A stretch of 64,000 nucleotides of DNA, from assembly GCF_009914755.1 (NCBI RefSeq), contig NC_060925.1. One strand, given 5' to 3'. The notes beneath the pieces were generated by a model. That model saw nothing but the letters and a program-made list of their open reading frames with translations. It ran no database searches and was not told where the DNA came from. The translations under genes and the position numbers were made by a program. Of this stretch, positions 63,707-64,000 are shown in pieces; position 1 is the first letter of the stretch; every line of letters starts with the position of its first letter. The DNA comes from the human T2T-CHM13v2.0 reference genome, Homo sapiens.

Positions 63707-64000
63707 CTTTTTTTTTTCTTTGAGAGATGGAGTCTTGCTCTGTCACCCAAGCTGGAGTGCAGTGGCGCAATGTTGGCTCACTGCAACCTCTGCCTCCTGG
63801 TTTCAAGCAATTCTCTGCCTCAGCCTCCCAAGTAGCTGGGTCTAAAGCATGCACCACCAGGCCTGGCTAATTTTTATATTTTTTGTAGATACAGGATTTC
63901 ACCATGTTGGCCAGGCTGGTCTCAAACTCCTGGCCTTAAGTGATCCACCTGGTTCAGCCTCCCAAAGTGCTGGAATTACAGACATAAGCCACCATGCCCG
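63707..64000 (-). mobile_element. Alu
   Basis: Reverse Alu running to the window end. Confidence 0.92.

Overview
Human (primate) genomic DNA, repeat-dense, with two head-to-head genes sharing a CpG-island promoter. Minus strand: the complete NSL1 coding sequence (MIS12 kinetochore complex subunit). Six exons at 58497-58730, 54526-54604, 51330-51460, 49339-49393, 6498-6565 and 5371-5649 splice at GT-AG sites into 846 nt (281 aa + stop). Plus strand: the first three coding exons of TATDN3 (TatD-family nuclease), whose ATG lies 158 bp from the NSL1 ATG. The ~43 kb NSL1 intron 4 holds a nested transposon pile: an old L1M contains an L1MA, which contains an L1PB1, with MER30, THE1C and many Alus inside. 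It also holds a near-full-length SVA with a 16-bp target-site duplication (TSD). Best finding: an 85-nt cassette exon (33157-33241) in the antisense strand of the L1PB ORF2, with near-consensus splice sites. Its inclusion predicts an NMD-escaping 213-aa NSL1 lacking the PVIHL motif and the KNL1-binding tail. Also seen: a convergent pair of CTCF-like motifs around the transposon pile, a YY1 motif on the NSL1 start codon, close inverted Alu pairs and several local tandem duplications. Almost all other ORF-track entries are repeat-derived noise. I found no evidence of a wholly new gene system. Repeat subfamily names come from recalled consensus sequences, and repeat boundaries are approximate unless a TSD is cited.
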